From: Sphyrna mokarran
Taxonomy: Eukaryota
Assembly: GCA_024679065.1 (NCBI GenBank)
Contig: JAGIQG010000006.1
Location: 7,998,001-8,062,000, forward strand
Direction of reading: 5' to 3'
DNA length: 64,000 nt
A program made the translations under genes and the position numbers. Of this stretch, positions 61,420 through 64,000 are shown piece after piece; within the stretch, counting starts at the first letter, position 1, and every line of letters begins with the position of its first letter. The notes under the pieces were generated by a model. That model searched no databases. It was not told the origin of the DNA and saw nothing but the letters and a program-made list of their open reading frames with translations.

Positions 61420-64000
61420 AGAGAGCAACACAGCACGGGAAACAGGCCCTTCGGCCCAACGAGCCCGCGCCGCCGTCATAACTATATAGTAGCAATTCCA
61501 TTATCCTATTATAGATTTAGGTTATTCCTAATATGGAAGACTCTCACTATAGGGACAATTTGTTTCCCAATCAGCCTAAGAGCGAATTTTTGGGTTGTGG
61601 GAGGAAACCGGAGTGCCCGGAGAAAACCCACGCAACCACGGGGAGAACGCGCAAACTCCCGCAGACACCAGCCCAATTCCAAGTGTCTGCACAGCCACAT
61701 CGATAGTCTCTGAGCTGTCATGGTGCCCTTCAGATGGTCCACATAAAGCACTCATTTACGACATGAGGTACCAGGCAACCCATGAATCAACATCCAAGAG
61801 CTGTACCCGCACCACCTGCCGAATGCATGCTCAAAGTATGGACCGAATTACCTGTGGAAAAAAAGCCGTAGTTAAACAGTCCTAATATATCCCTCTATCT
61901 GCATACCGCTCATGTGGCTGTCCAAGAGACCCTTAAACAGCCCCAGCGTGCCTGCTCCCACCACCTTACTCGGCAGTGCATTCCACATCCCCACTACCCT
62001 TTGTGTGAAAAACTGCCCTCTAATATTTGTCTTATACATAGCCCCCCTCACCCTATGGCCATGACCCCTCATCCTATCCATTTCTGAAGGTGCAAAAAGT
62101 TTACCTCCATTTACTCTATCTATACCCCTTATAATCTTATACACCTCTATGAGATCCCCTCTAAGCCGATGTCTTTCAAGGGAAAACAACCCCAGTCTAT
62201 CTAATCGTTCCTCATAAGACAGTCCTTCCATACCAGGCAGCATCCTGGTAAACCTCCTCTGCACTCTCTCCAAGGACTCCACATCCTTCCGATAGTACGG
62301 CGACCAGAACTGGACGCAGTATTCCAAGTGAGGCCTAACCAACGTTCTATACAACTGCAACATCAAACTCCTACTCTTGTATTCTATACCCTTTTCTATG
62401 AAAGCTAACATACTATACGCCTTCTTTATCACCTTCTCCACCTGTGAGGACACCTTCAGAGACTTGTGAACCTGCACCCCCAAGTCTCTCTGCGTCTCTA
62501 TGCTCCGTACCTTTTATCCTATAACTCTCTTCTACATTTTTCCGGCCAAAATGCATCACCTCGCATTTATCCGGATTAAATTCCATTTGCCATCTATCTG
62601 CCCAGTCTACCAACCTATCTATGTCCTGTTGTATTGCCTGACACTGCTCCTCTGTACCCGCCAATCCAAGCATCTTGGTGTCATCAGCAAATTTGCTGAT
62701 CTCACCACCTACCCCAACTTCCAAGTCGTTTATGTAGACCACAAATAGAAGAGGACCTAGTACTGAGCCTTGTGGCACTCCACTAGTGACAGGCTTCCAG
62801 CCGGAAAAAGCCTTCCACTACTACCCTCTGTCTCCTCCTCCCGAGCCAGTTCTCGACCCATCTACATACCCGACCCTGTATCCCATGCGCCTTCACCTTC
62901 TCTATCAGTCTACCATGAGGAACCTTGTCAAACGCTTTACTGAAATCCATGTAGACGACATCAACAGCCTGTCCTTCATCAACTGTTTTTGTCACTTCTT
63001 CAAAAAATTCCACTAGATTTGTAAGACAAGACCTCCCCTTGACAAAGCCATGCTGCGTATCCCTGATCAGATCGCAGCGCTCCAGATGCTCATACATCCT
63101 GTCCCTGAGGATCCTCTCCATTAGCTTACCTATAACTGAAGTCAAGCTCACCGGCCTATAGTTCCCTGGGTTATCCCTCTGCCCTTTTTTAAACAACGGT
63201 ACTACGTTTGCTATCCTCCAGTCCTCTGGGACCTCACCTGTGTCCAAGGAAGAGACAAAGATTTGCGTCAGAGGCCCAGCCAAGTCTTCCCTCAACTCCC
63301 TTAGCAGCCTGGGTAAATGCCATCAGGCCCCGGAGCTTTATATGTCTTTAAGCTGCCTAACAGCCCCAACACCTCTTTCCTCGTAATACTTATTTCCCTC
63401 AACCGATCCTCAACTTTGTCAACATCAGGCACAGACATCTGTCCAGTCTCCTGCGTGAATACCGACGCAAAGTATTCATTCAGGATCTCCCCCATTTCCT
63501 CAGGCTCTAAGCATAGATCCCCTCCTCTGTCCCTAAAAGGTCCAATCTTGCCTCTAACCATCCTTTTGCTCCTTACATAGGTGTAAAATGCCTTTGGATT
63601 TTCCTTTATCCTACCTGCCAGAGCCACCTCGTGGCCCCTTTTTGCCTTTCTAATACCCCTTTTAAGATCCCGTCTACACTCTCTATAAGCTTCCAGCGCT
63701 GTCTCAGCCCCCAGTTGCCTAGATCTAATGTAAGCCTCTCGCTTCTTCCTGATCAAGTCCTCAATCTCCCTGGTAAGCCACGGTTCTCTAATCCTACCTT
63801 TCCCATCCTTCCTCCTTGCCGGCACGTATCTTTCCTGCAGAGTTTTAGTTTTCCCTTGAAAGACTCCCACATGTACCTCGTCGACCTGCCCTCGGAAAGC
63901 TTATCCCAGTCGGTATCTTTAAGATCTTGCCTAATCTGGCTGTATCTAGCCCTCCCCCAGTTAAATACCTTCCCTTTTGGGCCGGTCTCGTCCTTTTCCA
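61420..64000 (-). mobile_element. Young CR1 LINE ORF2 (few frameshifts, runs off the window) with a long SINE-containing 3' UTR (copy 3)
   Basis: Consecutive ORFs 63301-63870, 62783-63295, 62413-62778 and 61872-62483. V-domain at ~61596-61665 and GGCCGAAGGGCC stem-loop at ~61445. Confidence 0.93.

Overview
Vertebrate genomic DNA, almost certainly a cartilaginous fish (shark), judged from the CR1/HER1-type LINEs, HE1-type V-SINEs and Penelope-derived palindromes. The large majority of the window is transposable elements: many nested CR1 LINEs of different ages, decayed Gypsy and Copia LTR elements, RTE and Rex1/Babar-like fragments, SINEs and MITE-like palindromes. There is one assembly gap (1942-2200). 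Buried among the repeats on the minus strand is part of an immunoglobulin-superfamily receptor gene: a leader exon (33288-33228), a probable 12-nt micro-exon (33153-33142), and two intact phase-1 V-set exons (32271-31891 and 15784-15437). Both V domains resemble Siglec-15, but each lacks the sialic-acid-binding Arg. A pseudogenised paralog of the second V exon lies about 42.5 kb away (58362-58128), together with duplicated intron sequence, which indicates a tandem immune-receptor array. No TM or cytoplasmic exons were found, so the gene probably continues beyond position 1. The most unusual mobile-DNA observations are: (1) a CR1 lineage, present in three diverged copies, whose long 3' UTR contains a whole degenerate tRNA-head plus V-domain SINE; (2) an ~830-bp nested foldback with asymmetric minisatellite expansion; (3) a Penelope-type hairpin with a hammerhead-like core; (4) several mechanistically informative CR1 junctions (twin priming, a templated insertion, an insertion-linked inversion). 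All family assignments come from motif recognition only; no database search was run.
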